Positions 1-9,867 are shown, counted from the first letter of the stretch. The stretch is DNA of 64,000 nucleotides from Candidatus Latescibacterota bacterium (GCA_965222075.1 OZ244937.1:960001-1024000); one strand, 5' to 3'. Notes: generated by a model from the sequence alone, not told the origin. Numbers and translations: made by a program.

Positions 1-2
1 GG

Positions 3-1568
3 CCTCGCACCCTGCTTCACACCGCTACCGCCGTTGGCGGGGTTATCAACGTTGTCAAACACAAAATCCCCGATGTCCACCCCCAGCGCGTCTTCGGCAG
101 CGTCGGCGCCTACGGAGAAACGGTCAACCGGGGCTATTTCTCATCCGCCTCCGTCACCGCGCCCGTAGGCCCGCTCGCACTTTATGCCGAAACCACGTAC
201 CGCGATACCCGGGACGTGCAAACCCCCATTGGCAAACTCGACAATACCCCCATCAACACCCGCACCCACACCGTCGGTCTGTCCTACGCGGCCGATCGAG
301 GCTATATCGGCGCTTCTTTCGATCAATTCGGCACTCAATACGGTATTCCCGGCGGATTTATCGGCGGCCACCCCAACGGCGCAGACCTGGATATCCTGCG
401 CCGGGTCTTCGACGGCAGGGCGGTCTACCGTTTCGACCGCCGGGTGATCAACAGGGTAGAGGTGGGTTTCACGAAGGCCTTCTATCATCACTTCGAGTTC
501 GAATCCAGCGGCAGCATCGGGTCCGAGTTTTTGTTCCACGACTACAGCGGCGATTTCAAACTGCACCTGAACACACAGGACCAGACGCAGAACACCGTGC
601 TTACCGCCGGCTTTGAACACCGCAACCTCAAACTGGGCGCCTTTGTCTTCACCCCACCCACGCGTGAACAAGAGGCCACCGTCGGCCTCTATCACGAGTT
701 CACCTATCGTCAAATCGAACTTCAGGCCGCCGCCCGCTACACCTACGCCGCCTTTGATCCGCACCCCGATGTTGTTACCAATGTGGGCCTGGATGTAGAC
801 CGAACCTTTCACACCTGGTCCGCAGCCATCAGCCCGCTTGTGCCCATCACCGATCAGCTGACCGCGGGCGTCGGCGTCAGCCGCTCCCAGCGCGTGCCCA
901 CCATCGAAGAACTCTACAACGAGGGTCCGCACCTGGCCGCGTACACCTTTGAAGTGGGCAATGTCCATCTCAATGCTGAAAAGGGCTTCGGCCTGGAAGC
1001 CTTTTTCCATTATCTGCAACCGGGCCTGGACCTGGTCTTCACCGGCTTCTGGAACGAATTTGGCAGTTATATCGCTCCGCGCAATACCGGAGAGATCAAT
1101 TTCGCCCAGCTTCTCCCCATCTACGCTTCCGATGGTGTTGCCGCGCGAATGCTGGGCCTGGAAATGCACCTGGGGTGGCGTCCGAATACCCGTCTAAACC
1201 TGGAATTCAACGGCAGCTACGTGCGCGGACAGAACCGCGATGAGCATTTGCCCCTGCCCGAAATGCCCCCGCTCAAATTTGCCGGCAGCACAACCTACCG
1301 GCACCCCTGGCTTACTGTGGGAGGAACTGCGGAATTCGCCGCCGGACAGAAGCGCGTGGATATATTCGAAGACCCTACGGACGGCTATACCGTCTTTGGG
1401 GTCTACGCCCAGCGCAACATCCTCACCGACCATACCCGCCATAGCCTCATCCTGTCCGTAGACAACCTTTTCGATACGGAATACCGCAACCACCTCTCAC
1501 GCATCCGGTCCGTGATGCCCGAAACCGGCCGAAGCCTTAAGCTGTACTATAAGATGTATTTCTTTTAA
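3..1568 (+). CDS. TonB-dependent outer-membrane receptor (ZnuD/heme-receptor-like), 5'-truncated by the window edge
   Basis: Frame of ORF 216..1568 is open back to base 3 and reads PRTLLHTATAVGGVINVV (plug-domain motif); beta-barrel motifs RVPTIEELYNEGPH, GNVHLNAEKG, VDNLFDTEYRNH; C-terminal Phe. Confidence 0.92.
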   Translation, partial: PRTLLHTATAVGGVINVVKHKIPDVHPQRVFGSVGAYGETVNRGYFSSASVTAPVGPLALYAETTYRDTRDVQTPIGKLDNTPINTRTHTVGLSYAADRGYIGASFDQFGTQYGIPGGFIGGHPNGADLDILRRVFDGRAVYRFDRRVINRVEVGFTKAFYHHFEFESSGSIGSEFLFHDYSGDFKLHLNTQDQTQNTVLTAGFEHRNLKLGAFVFTPPTREQEATVGLYHEFTYRQIELQAAARYTYAAFDPHPDVVTNVGLDVDRTFHTWSAAISPLVPITDQLTAGVGVSRSQRVPTIEELYNEGPHLAAYTFEVGNVHLNAEKGFGLEAFFHYLQPGLDLVFTGFWNEFGSYIAPRNTGEINFAQLLPIYASDGVAARMLGLEMHLGWRPNTRLNLEFNGSYVRGQNRDEHLPLPEMPPLKFAGSTTYRHPWLTVGGTAEFAAGQKRVDIFEDPTDGYTVFGVYAQRNILTDHTRHSLILSVDNLFDTEYRNHLSRIRSVMPETGRSLKLYYKMYFF

Positions 1569-1637
1569 GACAGTTGTCATGCGCCCTTTGGGGCACCCAT
1601 TAGGATGAAAATCGTTGCCACGTCTCGCCTCTGCGCT

Positions 1638-1712
1638 CCCCCCACCGCATCAGCCGTCGCCTGTCGGCTCGGCTTCTGCGACTCCCCCTCAAGGGGGGAG
1701 TAATAGGGGGCC
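1638..1712. repeat. REP-like palindromic intergenic repeat (..CTCCCCCTCAAGGGGGGAG..)
   Basis: Hairpin actccccctcaaggggggagt preceded by agccg..cggct inverted repeat, lying between convergent genes. Confidence 0.55.
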
Positions 1713-1765
1713 GCTTTGCATGGGTGTGAAGTCCCCCTGGCGTCAAGCGAATTTCGAGGGCAAGA

Positions 1766-1798
1766 CCTGCCTGCAGCGCGGTGCGCCGCGCAGGCAGG
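1766..1798. repeat. CCTG(C/T)CTGC...GCAGGCAGG palindromic element (33 bp)
   Basis: cctgcctgcagcgcggtgcgccgcgcaggcagg; its exact reverse complement forms the outer part of the element at 38202-38264. Confidence 0.8.
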
Positions 1799-2020
1799 TG
1801 CCCTCGCTCCCAGGAGAGATCAAGGTCGCTACGCAGTGGTAGACAATACAAGTGGCGATATATGGTGGCCGGGGGGAAGGGGCTTTTCCGCGCGGTTCCG
1901 TCCAGCGCCTTCGCCCAGGAACGCCTGGAAGGTTCGCAGGGCAGAAGCTTCCGTTTCCACCCCAGGGGCTATTCGCGGAAAAGCAGCCCCCGCGGCGTTT
2001 GAGCGGCGCCCTTCTTTTTC

Positions 2021-2052
2021 GGCCTTTTTCTTGGGCGTGCAAGAAAAAGGCC
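2021..2052. repeat. GGCCTTTTTCTTG-N-CAAGAAAAAGGCC hairpin repeat (second copy ~17862-17893)
   Basis: Inverted repeat seen twice in the window. Confidence 0.55.
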
Positions 2053-2192
2053 ATAAGTAAAAGAAAGCCTGTTTTCCAAGCACCCGCTTAAACCCAAGAA
2101 ACACAACAAGTTCCGTTGCAATATGAAAGCCTATTTTCTAAGCAGCTTCTGAGAGAGAACCTGGCTGTTTTCTGTCTCCGCATTGCGGAGCG

Positions 2193-3278
2193 CTATTTGG
2201 CCTGTATATACCCTTCGGACTTCAGCAGTTCGGCCATGAGGATGGCGCCGCCGGCTGCGCCCCGGACGGTGTTGTGGCTGAGGGCGATAAATTTGTAATC
2301 GAAGAGGGTGTCACCACGCAGGCGGCCGAGGGTAACGCCCATGCCGTCGCCCGCGTCCCGGTCGAGCCGGGTCTGCGGACGGTCCTCTTCTTCATAATAG
2401 GTGAGAAAGGGCCTGGGAGACGAGGGGAGGTTTGCCGCGCGAGGGCTGCCCTGAAAGGTCTTCCAGCGTTCTAAGATGCTGTCGCGCGCGGGCTTGCTCT
2501 CAAAGGAGACCGAGACGGCCGCCATGTGGCCGTCCGTAACGGGCACACGAATGCACTGGGCGGAAATGACGGGGGATCTGGCGTTTACGATTTCGCCTTT
2601 TGTGACTTTGCCCCAGATTTTCAGCGGTTCCCGAACGCTCTTTTCCTCTTCGCCGCCGCCGATGTAGGGGATGATGTTGTCGACCATTTCCGGCCAGGTG
2701 TCAAAGGTTTTGCTGGCGCCCGAGATGGCCTGGTAGGTGCAGACGGAGGCCCGGGCGGGACCGAATTCCGAGAGGGCGTGGAAGGCCGGTACGTAGGGCT
2801 GAATGGAGCAGTTGGGTTTGACGGCGACGAACCCGGCCCTGGTGCCCAGGCGCTTCCGCTGGGCAGGGATGATGTCTAAGTGTTTGGGGTTGATCTCCGG
2901 GATGAGCATGGGCACATCCGGGGTCCAGCGGTGGGCGGAGTTGTTGGAGGCCACCGGGGTTTCACGTTTTGCATAGGCGTCTTCGAGGCTGCGGATGTCC
3001 GCTTTGTCCATGTCCAGGGCCGAGAAGATAAAGTCGACTTCGCCTGCAATCGTCTCGATCTCATTGACGTTTTTGACGACCAGGTCGGCGATACCGGCCG
3101 GGATCTCGGAGTCCAGCGTCCACCGGCCCTGCACGGCCTCCCGGTAGGTCTTGCCGGCCGAACGCGCACTGGCGGCTACGGAGACGACTTCGAACCAGGG
3201 GTGGTCGGCTAAGCGGGAAACAAACCGCTGACCAACCATGCCGGTTGCGCCCAGAACGCCCACTTTCAATCTGTCCAT
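2193..3278 (-). CDS. asd: Aspartate-semialdehyde dehydrogenase
   Basis: KVGVLGATGMVGQ Rossmann motif, SNNSAHRW, KPNCS catalytic Cys, CIRVPVTDGH, HNTVRGAAGGA; AAGGAG RBS before ATG 3278. Confidence 0.97.
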   Translation of the reverse strand: MDRLKVGVLGATGMVGQRFVSRLADHPWFEVVSVAASARSAGKTYREAVQGRWTLDSEIPAGIADLVVKNVNEIETIAGEVDFIFSALDMDKADIRSLEDAYAKRETPVASNNSAHRWTPDVPMLIPEINPKHLDIIPAQRKRLGTRAGFVAVKPNCSIQPYVPAFHALSEFGPARASVCTYQAISGASKTFDTWPEMVDNIIPYIGGGEEEKSVREPLKIWGKVTKGEIVNARSPVISAQCIRVPVTDGHMAAVSVSFESKPARDSILERWKTFQGSPRAANLPSSPRPFLTYYEEEDRPQTRLDRDAGDGMGVTLGRLRGDTLFDYKFIALSHNTVRGAAGGAILMAELLKSEGYIQAK

Positions 3279-3498
3279 CTGCTGCTCCTTTTGATATAAT
3301 AGGGGACGAAAAAAATAGCGGAGAAAAGATACCAAAATCAGGGGTTTTGTCAAGAAGATCGAGGGTCGTATATTGTGGTTTGCTTTTACGAACGGCGAAT
3401 GGCGAAGGTGGTGCGGGCACGGGAGCAGGCAGAGGCTGTGGTCGGTCCTCTGTCTGTAGTGTTTGCGTTGATGCGGTCAGGAAAGGAGGGGAGGGCTG

Positions 3499-4680
3499 AT
3501 GGACGGCGCGCTGGACGGGGTGCGCGTGCTGGATCTGTCGCGGCACCTGGCAGGGCCTTACTGCGGGATGATGCTGGGCGATCTGGGCGCAGAGGTGATC
3601 AAGGTAGAACGTCCCGGTCTGGGCGATGAGACGCGCCACTGGGGACCGCCCTTTCTGGAGGGGGAGTCGGCCTATTATCTTTGCTGCAACCGCAACAAGG
3701 TGAGTCTCACGCTCAACCTGAAACAGGAACGCGGCGCAGCGATTGCACGGGATCTTGCACGGGACAGCGATGTGTTGATCGAGAACTTTCGGGTCGGCGG
3801 CCTGGACGAACTGGGGTTGGGATACGCGGACCTCAAGGTGGTTAATCCCCGGCTGGTGTACTGCTCAATTAGTGGTTTTGGGCATACCGGTCCCGACCGC
3901 GAGTTGCCCGGGTACGATTTTTTGATTCAGGGGCGCGGGGGGTTCATGTCCATTACCGGTGAACGCGATGGACCTCCTATGAAGGCCGGGGTCGCGATTG
4001 TGGATGTGGCGACGGCCCTGTTTGCGTGCAACGCGATTCTTGCCGCGCTGTTCGCCCGCGAACGGAGGGGTGGACAGCATCTGGATATGTCGCTGTTCGA
4101 TTCTCAGATTGCACTGCTGGCGAATGTGGGAAGCAACTACCTCTGTTCGGACGAGACGCCGCAGCGCTGGGGCAATGCGCATGCCAGCATCGTGCCGTAT
4201 CAGGCGTTCCTGGCGGCGGACGGTTACCTGGTCCTGACGATCGGCAACGATGGGCAGTGGCACCGGTTCTGTGAAGCGGCGGGCGTGGGCGAGTGGGCAG
4301 CGGATGCCCGCTTTGCGACCAATCCGGAGCGCGTGGCGCACCGGGACGCGCTGATTCCGATGCTGGAGGATCTGTTCCATCAGAAGACCGTTGAGGAATG
4401 GTTACAGCTATGCGCCCGGGCCGATGTGCCCGTCGGGCCGGTCAATACGATTGACAGGGTGTTCGCCGATCCGCAGGCGCTTTCGCGCGGGATGCTGGTG
4501 GAGATGCAGCGGAGGGAGACGGTGCGGCTGGCAGGCACGCCGCTTCACCTCTCGGAGACACCGGCCCGGATGCGCCTGCCGCCCCCGCTGCTGGGGGAGC
4601 ACACGGATGAGGTTCTTGGCCGTGTGCTCGGGATGGACGAGAGGGCGATTGCGGCGTTGCGCAGGGAGGGAGTGGTTTAG
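3499..4680 (+). CDS. CaiB/BaiF family (class III) CoA-transferase
   Basis: LDGVRVLDLSRHLAGPYC, DLGAEVIKVERP, NRNKVSLTLNLK, PPPLLGEHTDEVL. Confidence 0.95.
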   Translation: MDGALDGVRVLDLSRHLAGPYCGMMLGDLGAEVIKVERPGLGDETRHWGPPFLEGESAYYLCCNRNKVSLTLNLKQERGAAIARDLARDSDVLIENFRVGGLDELGLGYADLKVVNPRLVYCSISGFGHTGPDRELPGYDFLIQGRGGFMSITGERDGPPMKAGVAIVDVATALFACNAILAALFARERRGGQHLDMSLFDSQIALLANVGSNYLCSDETPQRWGNAHASIVPYQAFLAADGYLVLTIGNDGQWHRFCEAAGVGEWAADARFATNPERVAHRDALIPMLEDLFHQKTVEEWLQLCARADVPVGPVNTIDRVFADPQALSRGMLVEMQRRETVRLAGTPLHLSETPARMRLPPPLLGEHTDEVLGRVLGMDERAIAALRREGVV

Positions 4681-4711
4681 GGAGATTTGCCGGAGGTCTT
4701 ATGACAGGGCG

Positions 4712-5158
4712 TTATTCTTGTTTTTCCCAGCCGAAACTTTCAAAAAACCGGCCTTTCCGGTAGTTTTCGAGTGCCTGCCTGACATAAGGCACCATATTGG
4801 CAGGTAAATTGTGGACAGAATGCCAGGATATGTCATCACACTTGTCTGGTTCTGCGTTGACGATGTCTCCGGTCCATCTGGAGGCGGCAAGAAAGAATGA
4901 CACCCGTTCACTGTCAGACTTCCTGTGCATAACCCCGACCACTTCGATGTCCGAGGGCTGAATCTCAATCCCCGTCTCTTCCTTCGCTTCTCTGATGGCC
5001 GCTGCCTTGACCTCCTCGTTACCGTCGATGTGCCCGGCAATCACGCTATAGTTGCCATCCTCATACCCGGTATTGAGGCGTCTCAAAAGCAGGATTTCAT
5101 TGTTGTCGTTCGTTAGAAAAATATGGGCCTCCGGAATCAGCTTGAATTTGTCAGACAT
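4712..5158 (-). CDS. NUDIX hydrolase
   Basis: Nudix box GHIDGNEEVKAAAIREAKEETGI; NAEPDKCDDISW. Confidence 0.9.
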   Translation of the reverse strand: MSDKFKLIPEAHIFLTNDNNEILLLRRLNTGYEDGNYSVIAGHIDGNEEVKAAAIREAKEETGIEIQPSDIEVVGVMHRKSDSERVSFFLAASRWTGDIVNAEPDKCDDISWHSVHNLPANMVPYVRQALENYRKGRFFESFGWEKQE

Positions 5159-5425
5159 CGAATGGCCTCGTAGAAGAAGTGCTTGAGCAGGAGAAGCGCG
5201 TGTGGGTGCGAACTCCAGGTGACTTGTTTTCTGACTTCGGCTGGCGGGCAGTTGCTGAAGGCCAGGGGAGTGCAGCGACCGCAGCGCAAATGGACCTGTT
5301 ACACGTTGGTGCAAGCGGGGTGGGGTTGCCAGGGATAGCAACGGTGGGGAATTTCTTGACTTTCAAGAGGTCTTTGTTGTACTTTCTATTGTCCCAAATA
5401 GAGCAATCTATCAAGGAGGAACATC

Positions 5426-5659
5426 ATGCCTGAGCCATCCCTTTTGACTGAATTAGAAGAAAATATCAGTCGTTTGTCTTTAGATGAGCAATTGCTGCTT
5501 ATTGAGCGAGTGAGCCACCGGATACGAACGGATATTTCCGGTAAAACGGATATAGATGCTCAATTGAGTAAAATGGCCGCTGATCCTGAAATCCAAAAGG
5601 AACTCCAGGAAATTGAGCATGAGTTCTCGGCCACGGAGCAAGATGGGCTGGATGATTAA
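5426..5659 (+). CDS. Putative antitoxin of the MazF/PemK toxin
   Basis: 77 aa acidic protein, stop overlaps the toxin start (TAATG), MAADPEIQKEL motif, AAGGAGG RBS. Confidence 0.75.
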   Translation: MPEPSLLTELEENISRLSLDEQLLLIERVSHRIRTDISGKTDIDAQLSKMAADPEIQKELQEIEHEFSATEQDGLDD

Positions 5660-6006
5660 TGGCTATTGAGCGTGGTGAAATATACTTCGTGAACCTCAAC
5701 CCGGTGAAAGGGCGCGAGCAAGCGGGTCAACGTCCAGTATTGGTTCTGTCCATAGATGCAATTAATCGATTGCCTCTTGTCGTGACCGTTGTTGTAGGTA
5801 CCAGAGGTGCCAACATCACACGCGATTATCCCACAAACATTCGACTGACGCCAGCAGAAACGGGCTTGGATTTGGAAACAGTTTTCCTCGGGTTTCAGAT
5901 TCGATCATTGGATTCAAAACGCTTCCCTGATCATGTAGCTGGCCGAGTGTCGGGCGCAGCTTTGAAAAAGGTTGAGGACGTCGTCCGGTATTGTCTCGGT
6001 CTGTAG
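5659..6006 (+). CDS. mazF: Type II toxin, PemK/MazF family endoribonuclease
   Basis: RGEIYFVNLNPVKGREQAGQRPVLVLS, QIRSLDSKRF. Confidence 0.93.
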   Translation: MAIERGEIYFVNLNPVKGREQAGQRPVLVLSIDAINRLPLVVTVVVGTRGANITRDYPTNIRLTPAETGLDLETVFLGFQIRSLDSKRFPDHVAGRVSGAALKKVEDVVRYCLGL

Positions 6007-6030
6007 GCGAGTCCGGTTTTCTCTTCTACC

Positions 6031-6261
6031 TCATAACACCAGCCACACTCCCACCACACACAACCCCACCCCCGTCACCAGCCGCAGGGTCACTTTTTCC
6101 TTCAGAAAGATTACCGCCATCACCAGCCCGAAAACAGGAGAGACAGACCCCAGGGTAGCCATCTTGGCAGGTCCGATCCGGGCGATCGCCATTACATACA
6201 GCGCCCAGGCGAACGCGCAGAGCAGCCCGAAAACCTCACCGAAAGAGATCGAAAACCCCAA
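6031..6261 (-). pseudogene. EamA/DMT transporter remnant (internally deleted)
   Basis: GEVFGLLCAFAWALY joined directly to IGPAKMATLGSVSPVFGLVMAVIFLKEK; only 76 aa. Confidence 0.65.
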
Positions 6262-6300
6262 ATTCGCTCTCCCGCAGGTCGAGCACCTTGCCGCGTTGTA

Positions 6301-6708
6301 TCAGACCTCGCATGGATGGCCCGGGTCCATGTCCTCGTGCTCGCTGGCGACAATGTAGTATATCAGATCTTCGGACTTGCTGGCATTTCGGATTCGGTGC
6401 CGGGTGCCGGCCGGTTGCACGAAGCAGTCTCCGGTGACGGCTTCGGTGGATTCTCCTTCACGATCAACCACGGCACGGCCCGATACGATAATGAAAAATT
6501 CCCACCTCCAGGTATGCGAATGCACCGGACAGGGACGCGCACCCGGGGGCAAACGTGACAGTTCCACGTCAAACGGATGGGGCGTTTCCCCGGTGTTTCC
6601 CAGGGCGACGGAGACCTCGCGGCGATAGCGTTCGTAGCTTCCATTTTTCCAGGACCACACCTGGTGTTTTTCAGGTACGTCGTCCAGATTTATCTTCCAG
6701 GGCTTCAT
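6301..6708 (-). CDS. Cupin domain protein
   Basis: LPPGARPCPVHSHTWRWEFFIIVSG...GDCFVQPAGTRHRIRN cupin motifs. Confidence 0.88.
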   Translation of the reverse strand: MKPWKINLDDVPEKHQVWSWKNGSYERYRREVSVALGNTGETPHPFDVELSRLPPGARPCPVHSHTWRWEFFIIVSGRAVVDREGESTEAVTGDCFVQPAGTRHRIRNASKSEDLIYYIVASEHEDMDPGHPCEV

Positions 6709-6864
6709 GTTCTGCTCTCTTCCGGGTATATGTGTGAAGCTGTTGAGTTCTGTTTTGCGCGATAGACCCGGGGCATCTGCCGGTCCTCTTGCGCTGCTTG
6801 CATTTAACGTTTCCGGCACCCACGAAAGGCAGGTTCACGGGTGCCGTGTCAGGAGACGTGGCAA

Positions 6865-7794
6865 TCACCGCCATCTTGATTTCAGGTCGGATTCAATCTC
6901 CTGCCAGGGCACGCCCAACTTAGCAGCTGCAACCATCAAAGCATACACGACTCCGTTGTACTCTTGAGGCAGACCGTCCCTCTGAATGAAGGCTCGGACA
7001 AACTCAGCAGATTCCTCTCCGACCTTTTTGCAGATCGCATTCTCATCACTCAGTAATCTCGAGGTGCTCGAATCTGTGGGTTTCCGGGCTACCGTCCAGA
7101 TTCTCCGGTATTCTTCCAGCCACGGGTTGACAATCTCCTTCCCGATAAGGGAGATGTCGCTGAAACGGACAACCTCTGCGACTTTGAGCCCGGTTCTGGA
7201 CATGGCGCTGTGGGCGGATTTATTTCCTCGATACACGACCTCAACACACCAGTCGTGGGTGCCTTCCGCGACGGTGTTCTCAGTATCCCCTGCGTAAGTG
7301 ACAACACTGTAATTCACCTGTGTGCCCTCGAACCTTTGTGACAAATACTCCCGCGAGGTGTGCTCATACTTCTTGTTCACTGCTATCGATACAGACGCTG
7401 GCGAGCGAGGTAGCGCTCCCAATGGATTCAGTAGACAAAGCGCGGGGCGGTAGAATTGGGCCTGTGGGTCGAACCAATCGTAAGTATTGAGCGCCCCCAG
7501 AGGAGAATCCCGGGTGCCAAGCATGTACTCATCGAACAGATCATCTCCGGTTAGGCCATAAGCTGGTTCTCCCCGAAGAAGGCAATCATCCACGCGTTGG
7601 GGCACATCCTCCCCTCGAACCGAGATGATCTCCAGCTTTCCATTTCCCTGTCCGGGGCGGTCGAACTCCCCATCTTTGCTGACGCCGACATCTCTCAGGA
7701 GGTTGTTTACGTACTCGTTCAACCCACTGTTCGTGGGGACGTAGAGCCTTGCCCGGGCCTCAGTGATGAAAAGTCCTATGTTTTCGCGAAACAC
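6865..7794 (-). CDS. ATP phosphoribosyltransferase-like (HisG short form) fused to a phosphoribosyl-ATP pyrophosphohydrolase (HisE) domain
   Basis: VRGEDVPQRV, GLTGDDLFDE, KKYEHTSREY, AGDTENTVAEG (HisG-like); C-terminal SSTSRLL..AICKKVGEESAEFV..VVYALMVAAAKLGVPWQEIESDLKSR (HisE-like). Confidence 0.78.
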   Translation of the reverse strand: MFRENIGLFITEARARLYVPTNSGLNEYVNNLLRDVGVSKDGEFDRPGQGNGKLEIISVRGEDVPQRVDDCLLRGEPAYGLTGDDLFDEYMLGTRDSPLGALNTYDWFDPQAQFYRPALCLLNPLGALPRSPASVSIAVNKKYEHTSREYLSQRFEGTQVNYSVVTYAGDTENTVAEGTHDWCVEVVYRGNKSAHSAMSRTGLKVAEVVRFSDISLIGKEIVNPWLEEYRRIWTVARKPTDSSTSRLLSDENAICKKVGEESAEFVRAFIQRDGLPQEYNGVVYALMVAAAKLGVPWQEIESDLKSRWR

Positions 7795-8057
7795 GATGTA
7801 CTCCTTACGCAGGGTTGTCCTGCCGGTATTGCCTTAACCTTTTCGGCTTTCAACTTCTCCCAAGCGTCATCATTTTCGATAAATTCATTGAACACATCTT
7901 TAGCCGCTTGAGTGATCGGCGACCCGTGTCCAAAGGCCGACTGGGCCGGATCTGCTTTAACATTCGAGACGGCTCTCAGCCTGGGGTTTGACTTTGTGCG
8001 CGATTCCCGGGGTGGGGTGGTTGGGTTCTTGCGCCGCTTTCGGTTAACGTTTGGCAA
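7776..8057 (-). CDS. Hypothetical small protein
   Basis: Co-oriented ORF overlapping the HisG-HisE start; no recognisable motif; start uncertain. Confidence 0.3.
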   Translation of the reverse strand: MPNVNRKRRKNPTTPPRESRTKSNPRLRAVSNVKADPAQSAFGHGSPITQAAKDVFNEFIENDDAWEKLKAEKVKAIPAGQPCVRSTSCFAKT

Positions 8058-8109
8058 TAGGCCGACTGGGCCGGAGCGGGGTACGGACGTGTCAGGCGAC
8101 GTGGCCCAC

Positions 8110-8796
8110 TCAGGGCTTACTGCTGTTGAGCTCTGTTAAGGACAACTGCTGGTTTGGGTTCTGATACAACCACATCTGCATGTTTTTCTTAACAGCGGCC
8201 CACTCACTGTCCAGTATTGAATACCAGGTAGTGTCCCTGTTTCGACCTTTTACGATCATATGCTGTCTGAAGATGCCTTCGAACCTGAAACCAAGACGTA
8301 TGGCCGCTGATCGAGAACGCTCATTCAGGGAATCGCACTTCCATTCGACCCGCCGGTATTTCAGGCGATCGAAGGCCTCACAAAGCATGAGATACGCGGC
8401 CTCCGTGTTTACGTTTGACCTCTGAACATCTGGCGAATACCAGATGTGTCCAAGTTCCAGTCGCAGCATATCCGAAGCGATGTTCAGAAAACTCACCATC
8501 CCAACGCGTCGCCTGGATTCGCGATGGTGGACAGTAAGGAAGAGCGGATCGTTTGACCTGGCCCCATCCTCAAGCCACCTTTGCATGCTGTGTATGCTTT
8601 CAAAAGGACCGTACCCCATGTAGGTCCATATCCACTCCTTCATATCCGAGCCGTGAGAACACGCGTAGAGTTCCCCGGCATCGGCCTGTGGGCTGACTGG
8701 CGACAGGGTAATGAACTCACCTTTGTAGTCCGTTCTTTGAGGCAAGTCAACATGGGCAATGGGTTTTACGAGATTTCCAAGAGGGAGAGACAACAT
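8110..8796 (-). CDS. GNAT acetyltransferase, RimJ/RimL family
   Basis: ELGHIWYSPDVQR, YRRVEWKCDSLNERSRSAAIRLGFRFEGIFRQHMIVKGRNRDT. Confidence 0.93.
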   Translation of the reverse strand: MLSLPLGNLVKPIAHVDLPQRTDYKGEFITLSPVSPQADAGELYACSHGSDMKEWIWTYMGYGPFESIHSMQRWLEDGARSNDPLFLTVHHRESRRRVGMVSFLNIASDMLRLELGHIWYSPDVQRSNVNTEAAYLMLCEAFDRLKYRRVEWKCDSLNERSRSAAIRLGFRFEGIFRQHMIVKGRNRDTTWYSILDSEWAAVKKNMQMWLYQNPNQQLSLTELNSSKP

Positions 8797-8919
8797 AGCA
8801 ATTCCTGATTGTGCAGGTTACCGTGGGATGAGAGCCTTTGGTACAGGACTCTTGATCCGTGGGCCATGTCGGCTAACGGTTTCGCCTTTGGATGACGTGA
8901 TACCGCGCTGCCTGATCTG

Positions 8920-9615
8920 TCAAAATTCAACGAAGTATTTCCCGTCTCGGACGTCGGCCTCTTTGGCCGTTCGCAGGACCACCTGGTTGCCCTCTTCGTT
9001 TGTTTCCTCGATCTTCCAGTTCAGGTTGGTCAAAAAGAATGACACTGCCCGCTTAATCCCGGGCCAGGTGTAGTCGTCCAGGATGATTATTCCGCCCTTG
9101 CGTACGAGATGCCCGAGATAGTACAGGTCCAGGAAGACTCTGTCGAAGCGGTGGTTGCCATCGACAAACCCGAGGTCGAAGCTCCGACCTTCCCCCAGAA
9201 ACTGCGGAAGCGCAATTTGGGATTCTACAGCGTGATACTCCACGAGCTGTCTGATCCCTGCCTCCTTGAGGACCTGCAGCCCGCAGTCGGCGAAGCGCCA
9301 TGTCTGATTGGGGTCGAGCACAACATGCCGTGCAGCATGGTTGCCGTTCAGAAGCAGGCCTTCACAGATGTGTAGTGCAGAAATTCCGTAACCCAGGCCG
9401 ATCTCGATGGTTCGCGTCGCGCTTTCGCGAGATACCCAGTTCCGGAGTGATTCGCATTCCCCGGGACTCACCGCAACGGGAAAGATACTATGCCTGGTGC
9501 CGTCAGAGGTCGCTACGACAGATCCGTCACGAACCAGTCGCTCGATTACCAGTCGCACCCGCTTGACCGCCGCGTCCCGATTCAATACGGTCTCCCTACT
9601 TCTCCGTGAACGCAA
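8920..9615 (-). CDS. Class I SAM-dependent methyltransferase (Methyltransf_24-like)
   Basis: TIEIGLGYGISALHI, FDLGFVDGNHRF, GGIIILDD. Confidence 0.88.
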   Translation of the reverse strand: MRSRRSRETVLNRDAAVKRVRLVIERLVRDGSVVATSDGTRHSIFPVAVSPGECESLRNWVSRESATRTIEIGLGYGISALHICEGLLLNGNHAARHVVLDPNQTWRFADCGLQVLKEAGIRQLVEYHAVESQIALPQFLGEGRSFDLGFVDGNHRFDRVFLDLYYLGHLVRKGGIIILDDYTWPGIKRAVSFFLTNLNWKIEETNEEGNQVVLRTAKEADVRDGKYFVEF

Positions 9616-9638
9616 AGAGGGGTTTCTGTCTCATTATG

Positions 9639-9725
9639 TCATGACTCCACCGTTTCGACTTCTACTTCTGTTTGGAAGTAAAGCCTGAGTCGGATCGGAA
9701 TATCCTCGTCAAGAAGCACTCGCAT
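9639..9725 (-). pseudogene. Truncated DUF5615/PIN-like toxin
   Basis: Manual translation MRVLLDEDIPIRLRLYFQTEVEVETVES*, matching the N-terminus of the intact paralog MRLLLDESVPRRLR at 14847. Confidence 0.65.
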
Positions 9726-9861
9726 CCTGTGCTCTCAAGTGATCCAGTCCCTCAAGTGAAAGCTCGAGATACGATTCTATCTGCCAACGCTCGACCGTGG
9801 GATAATCCTGGAGAAACTCTTCGATGGAGTGCCCCCCTTTAAGATAACACACCAGGCTGTC
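9709..9861 (-). pseudogene. DUF433 antitoxin C-terminal fragment
   Basis: SLVCYLKGGHSIEEFLQDYPTVERWQI; ~120 bp nearly identical to 15659-15779. Confidence 0.7.
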
Positions 9862-9867
9862 TTTTCC

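Noticed and set aside
141-1169. Long antisense ORFs (e.g. 141-1169, 27051-28151, 28313-29554, 35891-37378, 43555-44694, 62050-63009)
   Set aside because: Shadow ORFs opposite well-supported genes in GC-rich DNA, with no recognisable motifs.
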